Source: Rhizophagus irregularis (Eukaryota). From it: a DNA stretch of 64,000 nucleotides. The notes under the pieces are model-generated. The model had not been told where the DNA came from, ran no database searches, and saw nothing but the letters and a program-made list of their open reading frames with translations. The stretch lies in NCBI RefSeq assembly GCF_026210795.1, contig NC_089429.1:5704001-5768000 (forward strand), given 5' to 3'. The position numbers were made by a program, and so were the translations under genes. Positions within the stretch are counted from its first letter, which is position 1. The number at the start of each line of letters is the position of its first letter. Of this stretch, positions 1 to 13,663 are shown one piece after another.

Positions 1-819
1 ATCTCTGTTTTTCAATAATTTCTTAGTTTTTCCACGAATATATGGAATATAATTACGGCTGAAGTTATCAAAAGCGAAAAAATGAAAAATTCCTGCTAAA
101 TGAGTTTCAAGTGATTCAATAAGTTTTTTAGATTCGTCTGATTTTTCATTTTCTTTTTCATTTAATGAATTGCTATTAATTAATATTTTATAATAAGAAG
201 CGATAGCATCATTTTTTGTTCCAGTAGCAATTTTAAAAATCATTTCATTTGTAAATCTACGCATCCATATTATTAGGTCAAATTCATGATTTTCACCAAG
301 ATTATTCCAATAAGATTCCATTTCATTCCATAGTTCAATTGTCCATTCAATAGCTTGATGATTGAAACTTGGAGTCATCATTGCTTGACTGAAAAATTGA
401 CGATTATATTTCCAAGATTTAAGATCACTATTAAATCCTAATCCTACACCAGCTTCAAATCCATATTCCACGATTCCATCCTTACTATGTAATCTAATAG
501 GATATTTAGTTTTTGATGAAGCAACATACAAATTTTCAGTTAAATCGGGTCTACATAGTACAATCATACGTTCACCTCCTAAAATTATTTCGAACATATC
601 ACCATATTTTTTATGTAACGATAATAACCAATCATCAACTCCATCATATCCAATTTGTTGATAAGCGCTACCAACGATTGGAAGTGGAAATGGACCCGGT
701 AAAGGGTTAGGACGAGTAAAATGATGATAATAAAAACGAGTTATGTAGACAATTGGAAAAATTATTAAGAGAGAAAGGATATTTGAAATTTCAAAAGATG
801 AAATAAATGTAGTAATCAT
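1..819 (-). CDS. Cytochrome P450, 5' part of exon 1; runs off the window edge
   Basis: ATG at 819 on the minus strand. Near-identical to the P450 at 3105-4832 (membrane anchor, PNPLPGPFPLPIVG hinge, WKYNRQFFSQAMMTPSF). No stop seen down to base 1. Confidence 0.9.
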   Translation of the reverse strand, partial: MITTFISSFEISNILSLLIIFPIVYITRFYYHHFTRPNPLPGPFPLPIVGSAYQQIGYDGVDDWLLSLHKKYGDMFEIILGGERMIVLCRPDLTENLYVASSKTKYPIRLHSKDGIVEYGFEAGVGLGFNSDLKSWKYNRQFFSQAMMTPSFNHQAIEWTIELWNEMESYWNNLGENHEFDLIIWMRRFTNEMIFKIATGTKNDAIASYYKILINSNSLNEKENEKSDESKKLIESLETHLAGIFHFFAFDNFSRNYIPYIRGKTKKLLKNRD

Positions 820-1814
820 TTTAAAAAATATTAAAAGATGAAGAGAATTATAACTGATAAAAATTTTTTGGAAAGTAAGGTCCTTATATGCATAAATGCA
901 TCAAAAATTAAGGTCAGATGATAATTAATTTAATTTAAACAGATTTGTATACATAAAGACAAAAATTTTCGTTTGAAGTACAAGGAAAATTATATACTAT
1001 CCTGATTTATATTATTGTAGAATAGAAAACTGCTAATTTTTTATCGTCAATTTCGTATTGTTATTTAATTTAGTAAAATGCGCCCAATAGTTACACGCTA
1101 ACTAAAGTTGTATTATTGATTCCTATTTCGTTTTTTTATTCCATATTTCATGTTATTTCCCGTAAATGTATAATATTCGTATTATTTAGTTCTAGAATCG
1201 ACCTTTATTTAGCAATTTATATATAGAATAATTACTCAAGTTAGTTTAAATAATTTTTTCTAATACTTACCTTAAGAATGAACGATTTTTACTGATCATA
1301 TCCAAAAATGGTTAGACAAAATGATTAAAGTCAATATAAATCAAAACCGGTATTCAAAACATGATCTGAGTAAACTTGCAGAACAGGCTAAAATACACCT
1401 ACCATAAATAGTTTGGAAGGTTATATGTGGCTTTTATTTTATTAAATATAGACGTAGATTGGGGTGGTAGGTTATATATGTGACATTTGGGAAAACGATT
1501 TTTCGAAAGTCACGTGATAGAGCATTATGAACGTTTTTAACGAATATTTTTTTTAATATTTTTCTATTTATTAATAATTGATTAAATTACTCAAAAAAAA
1601 AAAAAAATTCGAAAAGAAAGAAGAACTAAACATTTTCATTGGTTAAAATTAGTATTATGAATAAGAAATATTACCTGGGGGTGGGGTGGGAGTAAGGTCC
1701 TGCCCTAATAAAAACGAGCAAAATTTTATGCGCCACGTGATATGATTGGTTGTTTGTCACAAATTAATTTACGAATAACGTAGATGCCGTTATATTGGGC
1801 ATGAGTTCCACCAA

Positions 1815-2829
1815 ATATATCCGCGCGCATGATCCGGATGATAATTATAAAACTTTTTATTGATCCGATCGATTCTTTACGCCACACACCACCTTTCTTT
1901 CTTTTACGAATATTTTTCTAAAAAATTGTTAACATGTCATATCAACAACAAAATAAGGTTTGTAAAGGGTGTCATTATATAGAGAAAGTTGGGAATTTTT
2001 AATGAAAAAGGAATTATTTTGAAAAATGTTGCAAACGCTAAAATAATATTACAAGATCACATTCAATAAAAAAAAAACAGAAAATCTGACGCGACAATTA
2101 CTAGTTATGCAGGATATAACAGAAACTATATATAATTCCTTAACCTTTTATAAATAATACTAATAAATTTTATGAAGGAAAAAATACTGAACTAAGAATA
2201 AGTATTGTATTGAGTTATCAACAGTGAAGATATTGAAAATATTTTAATTGTGAAATTGGGCGTTATATAGTAGTATCTCTTATATCAGAAGGTGATGGTT
2301 ACATATGGGTTTACACATTAAATTAGAAAAAGGCCATTCTTCTTTATTTTGACATAGCATGTTTAATAATATTTCATATTTGTAATGTTTAAGAACAAAT
2401 TATTTAGCGAAAATCAAGTTAATTATATTTACAAATAAAATACATGATCTATTATAGCGAAAGTAAGTAAAATGTAGTATCTTAATAGTTTATTATAATA
2501 AACAATAAAATTAAAAGTACATAGTAACTTTATAACATTTTTTGTCAATAAAAAAATACATCGATAAAATAAAATTACCAAAATAATTTAACACAAAAAA
2601 TTTTTTTTTTTAACAGACCAAAATTATTTCAGGTTTAATTATACAACTTATATTTGTTTTATATATTTTATTTTTATTCTAGGGTAGCGTAATATAAATT
2701 TGTATAACTATACTTTCATAGGTAAAATAGCTTTTTTTTAATTAATAATTAATAATATAATAATTACCGAAAATAATCATCCGGATCATGTGCGCAAAAA
2801 TCTACCATTTTTTTATGGTATTGCTAGGG
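1815..2829. mobile_element. ~1-kb non-autonomous DNA transposon, inverted copy of 29872-30912
   Basis: Internal blocks are reverse complements of 29872-30912, e.g. caacaacaaaataaggtttgtaaagg near 1943 vs cctttacaaaccttattttgttgtt near 30744. Inverted catgatccgga/tccggatcatg motifs lie near both ends. The right end reads ...atggtattgctaggg; the left boundary is approximate. Confidence 0.7.
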
Positions 2830-3104
2830 TCGTTAAAAAAATTAGTCACCGAGACACCGATCGCACTAATTTCATAAAACGGTGATTAAATATTTTAAAT
2901 TTAAAAAACTTTTAATTTCAACCGCTGTTCGCGATATTGCTAATAAAATTACGCAATAAATTTTATTTTATTTAATTTTATATTTTCAATAAAGATAAAA
3001 TATATTCGACAAAAAAAACCTTGGTAACAAAATAATATCATAAAATAAATGAAATAAATGGAAAAAGTAACTAATCTAAAAATAATGATAGATAATTATA
3101 TTTT

Positions 3105-4832
3105 TTAAAATTTTCTTGGTTTAATCCTAACCTTTAATTCTGTACAACAATTAATAAAATCAGAACTATATTTTAATGGAGCATTCATGTCAACTAATTC
3201 AATATCATATTTTCTATAAATTAATATTAGTAAACATTTTAATTCTATAATTGCCAATTTTCTTCCAGGACACATTCTAGTTCCTCCTCCAAATATTGGA
3301 AAAGTATTCCTCAATTTTTTCTTTTCGAGTAAATATTTATCACTTTCTTCAACTCTGTAAAATCTATCAGGATCAAACTTTTCAGGTTCAGTCCAATAAT
3401 CCTTATGTTTCAATACTGCGGAAGTAAGCATTTGAAATGTAGTTCCTTCTTTCCAATCGTATCCTCCAACTTTGTCGCTTTGAAAACTTACACGTCCAAT
3501 TAAATAGGCTATAGGGGAGTGACGATATATTTCATTGGTAACTGCATCGCAATATTCTAATTCATTAAGATCTTTATTTGTTATTGGTCTTGTTAAGTCA
3601 TTTCCAAGAACTCTATCAAATTCTTGTATCAATCGTTGTTTTATTTCTGGATAATGTCCAAGGTAATATGCAACAAAGCAAAAAAAATTCGCTGTCTATG
3701 ATTTAAAAAAAAAACAAGATTTTAAAAAATTTTGAAGCACATATTTTAAATAAAATAAAATAATTTATTTACTTACGGTATCAGTACCTCCGAGCATTGC
3801 TTCGAGTATATTACCAGTAATTTCTTTATCAGTCATTGGTCTTAATAAATCAACGTCGGCATGTTTAATAGTGTTGATATCACGTGGTGTATTCGCGGTT
3901 ATGAATGACGTCATCATATCGTTACGAAGTGGTTGATCTAATGGTGTATTTTCAATCTCAACCCTTTTTTCTTTGATAAGGGTACATAATTTATCAAATA
4001 AGTAATCTTTATTTTTCAATAATTTCTTAGATTTTCCACGAATATATGGAATATAATTACGGCTGAAGTTATCAAAAGCGAAAAAATGAAAAATTCCTGA
4101 TAAATAAATTTCAAGTGATTCAATAAGTTTTTTAGATTCGACTGATTTTTTACTTTCTTTTTCATTTAGTGAATTGCTATTATCGTTAATTAACATTTTA
4201 TAATAAGAAGCGATAGCATCATTTTTTGTTCCGGTAGCAATTTTAAAAATCATTTCATTTGTAAATCTACGCATCCATTTTATTAGGTCTAATTCATGAT
4301 TTTCACCAAGATTATTCCAATAAGATTCCATTTCATTCCATAGTTCAATTGTCCATTCAATAGCTTGATGATTGAAACTTGGAGTCATCATTGCTTGACT
4401 GAAAAATTGACGATTATATTTCCAAGATTTAATATCACTGTTAAATACTACTCCTACACCAACTTCAAATCCATATTCCACGATTCCATCCTTACTATGT
4501 AATCTAATAGGATATTTAGTCTTTGATGAAGCAACATACAAATTTTCAGTTAAATCGGGTCTACATAGTGTGATCATACGTTCACCTCCTAAAATTATTT
4601 CGAACATATCACCATATTTTTTATGTAATGATAATAACCAATCATCAACTCCATCATATCCAATTTGTTGATAAGCGCTACCAATGATTGGAAGTGGAAA
4701 TGGACCCGGTAAAGGATTAGGACGAGTATAATATTGATAATAAAAACGAGTTACGTAGATAATTAAAAAAACTATTAAGAGAGAAAGGATATTTGAAATT
4801 TCAAAATATGAAATAATTGTACTAGTAATCAT
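3105..4832 (-). CDS. Cytochrome P450, 2 exons (4832-3777, 3695-3105), ~548 aa
   Basis: N-terminal TM helix, PGPFPLP hinge, I-helix GGTDT|TAN split by an 81-bp GTAAGT..TAG intron (3776-3696), K-helix EIYR, PDRF and heme motif FGGGTRMCPG. The exons join in frame. Confidence 0.95.
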
Positions 4833-6602
4833 TTTAAAAAATATTAAAAGATGAAGAGAATGATAACTGGTGAAAATTTTTTGGAATATACGGTCCTTAT
4901 ATACATAAATGTATCAAAAAATAAGTTCAGATGATAATTTAATTTAAACTGATTAAATGATTGTATAATTGTATAATAAAAAACAAATATTTTCGTTTAA
5001 AGTACTAGGAACATTATACCAATCGTATATTATACTGATTTTATACACTGATTTTATACAATAATACATTATATATGTATTAAAAAATAAAGGTCAAATG
5101 ATAATTTAATTTAATTGTATAAAAATTTTCGTTTGAAGTACAAGGAAAATTAGTATCAATCGCATACTATCCTGATTTATAATAATACGTTATATTATTT
5201 AGTTAGCGGAAATTTATTTAAAACTTCGAAAACCATGATACGCATTAACAATACAAAACTATTGTAGAATAGAAAACTGCTATTTTTTTATCGTGTGCAC
5301 TCGGTTGTTATTTAATTTAGTAAAATGCGCCCAATAGTTATACGCTAACTAAAGTTGTATTATTAGTTCCTTATAAAAAATTATTTCGTTGTTTATTTAT
5401 TCCATGTTATTTTCGTAAATGTATCATATTCAAATAAATTTTTTACAGGGTATTATGTAGTTCCCACACTCTTTGAATAAATCTTTATTTAGCAATCTAT
5501 AGACGGAATAATTGCACAAGTTAGTTAAATATACTTATCTTAATTAGGGGTCATCTAAGCCGGGTTCGGCCTCGTGACTTTTAAAATTTATTTTTTTATT
5601 TTCGCCAACACATAAAACTTTCATAGTATATGCACTATCATTACATCTAAAAACCTCCCGATAATCTTGAATTATTTTATTATCCTTTTTCTTCAAGCTC
5701 CGATTAATTCCTTCTATCAATTGTTCATATTCTTTTATCATCGGTACACTTATTTTTTTTCTTTTGGAGTTTATGTAATTTATACGCTTATGCAGTGAAG
5801 TTAATTTAATACATATTAAGTCTTAAATGGAATCAAGGAAATACATTATTTACCCAGAAATTTTGGATTTTTTTTGAAATATAAATGTACAAAATTTCAT
5901 TATTTATACATTTTGATAGATTTTTTATTTTTAAATACATATATTTTATGAATACAGGCAGGAATACATTAAAAAAAAATCAAAATCTTTTATTTTAAAA
6001 TTTAATAATTTAATAAATGGGCGGACTTCGCAGAAAAGGTGGGTTCGGCCAACCAATCAGATTTTGAGATTTTTTGATAATCAGATGCCTATTGGCCTTA
6101 CCTTTATGGGGTATTATTTTTCCATCAAATATATTTAAGTTTTTTTTCCATTGTAGTGTTATTAAAAAACGTCAGCAGAAATATCGTAATAAAAAATACG
6201 GAATATGGTATGCTAATATTTTAAAGATGGGTTTGAAAAATTAAGAAAAATCACATGAAAATCATGCGGAAACTTTAATTGCCGCCCAAATACAGTTAGA
6301 AAAGTTTGGCTTGTAAGTAAATTAACTTGTAATATAAGGATTATTATTATCATCATTCTGCATGTGAAACGTCCAATCATACTAAACCACGATTTATTTT
6401 GACTCGTTTAAACATGTATATTATGTATATTCGGTATTCAATAAAATGTGCTTTAATAATTTGTTGTATCTATTAATAAAATATATTAAAATTCTCCACC
6501 TGAAATTTAATAATCGGATGTTCTTATGATTATAATTAGCTTAAATATCTAACAGGGGAATGCGCAGATATTGTTTAATAAATATTTGTCACCATCGTCC
6601 AG

Positions 6603-6683
6603 CCCTATAAAAAATTTTCCAGAAAAATGATCAATGTGTCTGAGTCATTTATCGGAGTTTTTTCCAGAATTTTTTTTATAGGG
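6603..6683. mobile_element. 81-bp MITE with CCCTATAAAAAA...TTTTTTATAGGG termini (CMC/EnSpm-like)
   Basis: Terminal inverted repeats flanked by the 3-bp direct repeat CAG. A degenerate relative lies at ~6822-6919. Confidence 0.8.
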
Positions 6684-8104
6684 CAGCCTAGGAAATAAAA
6701 ATTTCATTCATTTTTTTTGCCGGAATAAAAGATTCTTTTACATATTAATTATATATATATTACGAAGCTTCATATAGTATAAATACTATATAAAAATATT
6801 TGAAAGATATATTCAAAATTTTTCATAAAAAATTTTCCGGGAAAAATTCCGATAAATGATAGTTTTCATTCAAAAAAACTCCGATATGAGATCAATTTTC
6901 TAAAAAAAGTTTTATAGAGTTTATCTGCTATTTATGCAGGAGTTCATTTTAAAAAAAAGTATATTTTTCCATATACATAAAAGAATGTCCCTTTATACAA
7001 TTCCACTTTAATTTAATTGCATTACGCTCTTTGTATACATTAACACATTTGGCTTCATTGCAAGTAGTAATACAATTATGCATTTTACATATTATTTGTT
7101 TACATAGAAAGTAATTGTGTTTTTTAAAAAATTTCTATTCATTATATAAATAATGAATTATTCCATTATTACAATAAATGAAATAAAATGGAATTGAAAT
7201 TGCCGATCATTTCGGCCAAAATTATTGAATTTTTCCGGTGAGTATTTGTGCACTCTATTTATTCATGTGATACAATTGTTAATCTGGCCAGCACTATAAA
7301 TTCGGCCCAAGTTATTCCGTATATTACGTCTCTAAGATTTTTGCAAGAATTTTGAATTTAGCGACATCTCATAGTAGTACACAAACTATTCTACGAAACC
7401 ATCCTTACTCCGTGAACTGCTGTAAATAGAGTTTGATATTTGAAGTATGAGATCATTTTTATAAAACTGTGTCGAAGAAGTCAGTTTATAATTATTTTTA
7501 ATGATAGTAGATGGGTTACTGTTAATTATATTAAGGTAACCAATTGTTTTTTACTTTATAGATAAGAAATTCAAAAGTTTCTAATTCTAGAATTGGGCCG
7601 CTTTAAATAAATAATTTTTTTGTTTTTTTCGATCACATTTTAATTTGGATTAAAAAAGTTTTGAAATGTGAAGAACAAAAAATAAAATAAAATAAAATAA
7701 CGATTGGCTAAATGGCTAATACTAGTTTGTCATATAAATTTGTATACTTTGTGTAAAATTTTCTTTTATTTTTTGTATTAAATGAGTTTTTTTTAGATGC
7801 ACAGATCGAACAACTTCTTCTTTCTCAAATATTTTCACACTTATTAGTTTCTCCAAACCATATTTACAAAGTAACGAAGCCTTTTTTTACATTTACTAGT
7901 AAGTTATTTTGCAATTTGAAGTTTTTCTACCTTTGAGATCTGATTTTTTTCAGGAATTTTATTATTAATGCAAGAAATAGCCTCGTGACCGACTTTGTTA
8001 ATAAAGTCATATCCTTAATCTTTATATGATTTTTTTTTCAAAATGCAGGATCGTTAAAGCTGTACATCTAATTGAACATTAAATATATAATGGGTAGTCA
8101 CAAA

Positions 8105-8241
8105 TCATCTTTTTTCCGTAAAAGGCTCATATTTCCGGAATTAATAACCTTGTATCACGGAATTTATCGAAGTATTTACATTTTCCGTGAATGGTTCCGT
8201 GAAAGGCTCACTTTTACGAGTTTTTACAGAAATAACAGATA
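8105..8241 (+). mobile_element. Truncated copy of the ~180-bp CCC..GGG MITE
   Basis: Internal sequence matches 12602-12779 (ttccgtaaaaggctcatatttccggaattaataacc...ttttccgtgaatgg); the termini are missing. Confidence 0.8.
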
Positions 8242-11200
8242 TAGAGATCTTAGGACCCTTGCGGTATATCCGTATTTCTAGGATTTTAATGATGATAAAA
8301 GTGACTCGACATGGATTGATTTATTTATACACAAAGCAATCAAAGAAAATAAAAAGTCACGGATTAAGCATCGTATTATACAGTTTATATTAGATGAAAA
8401 TGAACTTTCTTTTATTAATTTTCTGCAATATCACAATCAACCATATATATTATTAAAAGTCATATGATTATTGAAAGTTTGTTAGTAAAATAATTATGTC
8501 GTTAACTCGTTGTTATATAGCTCAGAAATCATTGTAAATAGAATCACATTCGGAAACATTAGATCAATTGTTCCGTGCTGCCGCAATTTTTAACTCTTTA
8601 ACCTCAACAAAAAATTAAGAATCAAGGTGTGTATCTATACTAATTCGACCTAGCATAAAAAACATTGAAAAAAAAAGTGTCGATTTCTAACATTTCTAAT
8701 ATATATTTTTTCTGATGTTTTTTCTGTTAATTAATAACCGATGAAATTGCTCAAAAAAAAAAAATTTCTAAAAAAAAATCTTAAATAAAATTCACTCACG
8801 ATTCCGTTAAAGTAAAATACGAAATTTCGTAATTATAATTATAACTAAAATTGAAAATTTAAAGGTGAAAATTAAAAAAACAATCAAAGTAATACTAAAT
8901 CATTTTTTCAAAAAAACGCCTATAGTTGGAGGGTTAAAAATTCCATTGCAACAGAATTATTTTATTTGTATTACAAGCTAGGGGTGGGTAAGATCATGAT
9001 CATATTTGTCCTACATTACTAATTATTTTATCGTAGAGTAAAAACAGACAATAGCCTTTTCCTATTCGGTAATCTGTTGTACTCTCTGAAATATAGTGTT
9101 ACAATTTTTTTTTATATTTTTTATCAGCAAAGTATATGTGATCTACACGAAAAATTTGCCAGCGAATTTAATATCTTAGATTTTAGATTATAGATTTAGT
9201 AATAAGAATAATGAATCCTAAATCTAAGAGTAAAACCCTAACCCTTCCTCCTTATGAATCGATGGGCTATACTGTATATATATTTTTTTCTTCATTTTTT
9301 TTTTCATATTCAAAAAAAAATAAAGAAAAAAAAGTTACTTTACATAATACGCAATATTTACTTACGCAAATTACGCAATTTACTTACGCAAAAAAAAAAT
9401 AAAAAAAAAGTTTTATGTATTACTCAAAATAATCAATATTACTTTATTTACACTCAACTTATTCAAATCAACAAATCAAAAAAATTTTCTTCATTTTCTT
9501 CATATATAAAAAAATTTTAAATATATTATGCAATATTTACAACGTATTACTCAATATATACTGTAATATAATATAAAAATTTATAAATTACCGCAATATA
9601 TATAAAAATTTTACACGTTACTCAAAATCAGTATATTTTACAATTTAAAATTTATTTCTTTATATAAAAAAAAAAATTTAAATCAATTTTTTTTTTTACT
9701 CATTTACTCAATCAAATTTCATGTAAAAAACCGGAAAAAAATTTTTTTTTTTCGCAACTTTTATTTGATTGTTCCAATTTCCATAAAGGTATAAATATAT
9801 CATCAGATGATGTAAGTTGTTTACGATATAATATAAATTTTTTATATGTATTATCTATATAAAAAAGGACAAATTCGGGATGATGTGGCTTAAATAATTA
9901 CATAAATTACTCGTGCTTCTAAAAAAAATTCCCAAAATAGGTATTTTTTCAAACTCCTTTATGAAAAAATAAATCTTTGGGAGTGCAAAAGCTTTAATTT
10001 AATAAAAAAACTTTTTACATTAATTAAAATATTTTTTTTTTATAATTTTCTCATGTCAAATTCATGTAACTTACAAATCAAAATCAATTTGTTGAATTCC
10101 TATTACACGTCTATTTTTACAGGAAACTCGGCTGATCAGACCAGTCAATTATGGTTTGTATGCCGAATGATAATCTTTTTTTTTTTACTACTTTCTTTAG
10201 ACGGATATTTTCTCTTTGTTCTTTCAACTTTGATTCAACATTGCTGGTTCTTTTCACCTTTGGCTTCGGAACGTGAGGTTTTTTAGAATATTAACTTTAT
10301 AGAAACATTTTACTGATGTTTCTTTTTTATTTGTAGGAATTGTCAGCTAGAACGAACCAGACTTTAAGGTAAAGCTGACCTACTTTTTTTATTTAATTTA
10401 AGAAACGAACTAACTTTACCAACACCCTACAAAAAAAAAAAATGAAAGAAACGTAAGAAATGGTGAAGGAGAAAAATTTTTTAATGTAATTTAAGAGATG
10501 AAATGACATTTCTTTTTCATTGTCTTTTTTGTAGGATGCCGCCTTGGACATAAAACTGGATTCCAAGCTAAAAAATGAAAAATGGGGAAAGGGAAGGAGG
10601 ATTTTTTTTTATTTTTAATTTAAGAAATACATTAACGTTTCTTTCTCATTATTTTCGTAAGGTGCCAGCTTGAACATAAAACTGGGCTTTATAAGGTATG
10701 AAATGGGGAGGGAAGAATTTTGTTTATTTTTAATCTAAGAAACGAATTAACATTTTTTTCGTTATTTTTTTATTTAGGGTGCTGGCCTGGTCACCTGGGG
10801 ATTTCTCAACGTTGGGCATTCCTTGGACTCTCTTCTTTTGTAGGTTGGTGTTTTCGAATGGATTGGTAAGTTTTGAAGCAAATTTGAAACTTTTTAAAAT
10901 TTATTTTATTTTTATTACTAAAGTTTTTTAATTTTTTAGCAAGTATTGACCCTGGATGATATGATCGGTAACTTTCAAAAGTTTCATTTTTCAAAACTTT
11001 TTAAATTTTGTTTTGAAGAAACCAACCATTTCTTTATTTGTCTATTTTGTAGGTATCATTTTTCGAATTATTATTTTTAGGTCGGACTTATGTGTTTCTT
11101 TAGATATAGCGAATTGAACTTGGAATATAGGTTTCGACTAGACTTATCTTTTCTTTAAAAAACATTTCATGGATGTCTCCCTGACTTTACTTCTACGTCT

Positions 11201-12601
11201 CAGCATCTTTTGGAATGGATGATTATATTTTTATACTTTAAAATGAGAGACGATTTTTAACGTTAGGATACAGATCACGTGATTAAAATTGTGAATTAAT
11301 ATAGACCGATTTTAGCTTTTTTATTTATTTATTTATAACTAGAAAACCAGTCAATCATTAGGATCCATATTATGAGAATATCATAAAATAAAATAATTTT
11401 TTGTTTCGTTTTGAATTTTTATAATTAAATATATATGTATGAATTTTATTGGTGCTTTTTTTTTAAAACGTCGAAACATAAAATTTAAGTTATTTAGGGG
11501 TGATGTCTTCAATTTTTCTTTTTTTTTTTACAAAAATATGTTGTATTTACATGACTTTTTTTTTAATTAATAAAAATTGCCTTTTTTATTATTCTTTAAA
11601 GTAATAAAGCAGATTTAAAATCGGGAATTTTTCATACAAAATAAAAAAAAACATGAAATAATCATCTATTGTTCAAATAAAAAAAGTTAAAAAGTGTTAA
11701 TCTTAATTAGAATTAAGAACCTATTTTGATTTTGTTTTTATGAAGACAAAGTCTAAAACTTCATAGACTAGCTACCACTGAATCATCATATACTGTATAC
11801 AGAGTGTGAATACGAAACCAGAAATCCTGATTCTGATCTATTTCCAAATAATAAAACAATCCATAACCAGCATACTGGCGGCCTTCTCTAAACTACAAAG
11901 ATTATATTATAAATTTACAAAATAATATTGGCCTTGAATAGCTTGTGTACTGTGGAAAACTTCTACTTCTTTGCCTTAATAGGATCATCTAACCGTGGAT
12001 ATTGGATGGAAATTTATTCGCTAGTTAACTTAAAATTTTACATTCGTAAATTAATTTTTGACACAAAAAATTTTGCTATGCCGTCTTTAAATTAAATAAC
12101 TTATTGTATAATTAACTTACTGTTCAATAACGTTTTACAGTCGTTTACGACAATTAATCAAATAATATCCCTTAAACGTAAATAATTCGTGGTACCATAC
12201 CGTCTAAACAGATATAACAAAACTTACAAAAAATATTTTTAGGCATTCTCTTGTTTGTATCATAATATTGTATAATTATTCATCCTACGTATTCTATGTG
12301 AAGAGAAGGACTTTTCTTTGAGCAGTTTTTGAAGCTCTGAAAGGGTAAAATTAATTTTTATATCTTTTTAAATTTTAGGTCGATCGAATATGATGATTTA
12401 ATACTACTGACGCTAGTAGTAGTGTAGTACAAAAAGTTTGTGTGTCAAAATTGTTTGTTTTAAATTTTCATGATACACGACATTGACAGGAGTATTACAG
12501 GCCACAAAGATATAATTAACTTGTTCTTTTGAATTTTCCTATTTCACAAACTTCAGTTGCAGTATAACAGAAATTTAATTCGTAACACAAATGCACCACC
12601 A

Positions 12602-12779
12602 CCCTGTAAAAAAAGTCGATCCGTTTTTTATATTACATATTTTTTCCGTAAAAGGCCTCATATTTCCGGAATTAATAACCTTATATTATCGAATTATTTA
12701 AATTTTCCGTGAATGGACCCGTGAATGGCTCATTTTTACGGAGTTTTTACAGAAATAACGGATAAAATTTTTTATAGGG
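12602..12779 (+). mobile_element. 178-bp MITE with CCCTGTAAAAAA...TTTTTTATAGGG termini (CMC/EnSpm-like)
   Basis: TIRs plus 3-bp TSD CCA on both sides; several related copies occur in the window. Confidence 0.9.
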
Positions 12780-13663
12780 CCACGTGGAAGAAAAAATTGA
12801 CTACTATTTTCCATTTAATTATAAATTAACGCCGATACCTTCTCTGATAAAAAATAAAGATTATCAAAGAAGTCATCTAATCTTTATATTATTTCGAATT
12901 CCAGAATTTATTGTACTTTTATTTATCGCACAGGTGATTGTCGATCAAAATAAAATTGAACGACTGAAACGATTAGTTTATCGAGAATATCTTTACTGCT
13001 AAGATACTAAAAAAACCAATTTTGTAAAAAAAAATGAAACCAATCCCTTTTATTTTATCTAAAAATAAGGACATAAGGTTGGGTTAAATGCTTTATTCTC
13101 ATATTCCGGTTTTTTTTTCGCTATTAGCAGCTATTTCTTTTTTTTTTAAGGGACGCTGGAACTTTAAAAAGAACGTGTCTACTTAAACGTTGGGTAGGTG
13201 AAATCAATTATAGCCTTTATATATTGTTTAAATCCGCTTAAAGAAGCGCTACCCTTTCCAAGCCTTCCGCCTTATTTAGAGACAAAAAATGAATCTATAG
13301 AATTAGTTGAATCTCATAAGATTTAGGCGATCGACATATTTATTTTATTTTGTGCGAGTTCAACTAAATATGTCACCAATTCGTAAAACGGCAATACTCG
13401 TACTGAATTATTATTTGGTTTTATATTAAATTTTTAAATTGAGATTCAGAATTTAACCGTTGTTCTAATGAAATTTTTTTTTATTTTTTTTATTCAATTT
13501 TATATTTTCAATAAAATAAAAAACATTTGGGGATAAATAATATATTGGAAAAAGCAAAATAATGTAGATATATTTCTAATTACATTTTTTTATGTGTAGT
13601 ATACTGTAAGTAAATTTACGCACTTAATAGTTAGTTTACTATAAAGTCTCTAGGCCGCGCTGA

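Noticed and set aside
5544..6111. Possible TAGG-ended element containing a 65-aa ORF
   Set aside because: Only a short imperfect TIR, no TSD and no recognisable protein.
9190..11300. Short ORFs and intron-like repetitive sequence (similar in style to 52560-52790)
   Set aside because: Low-complexity and probably a decayed repeat; I could not define termini, a TSD or a coherent protein.
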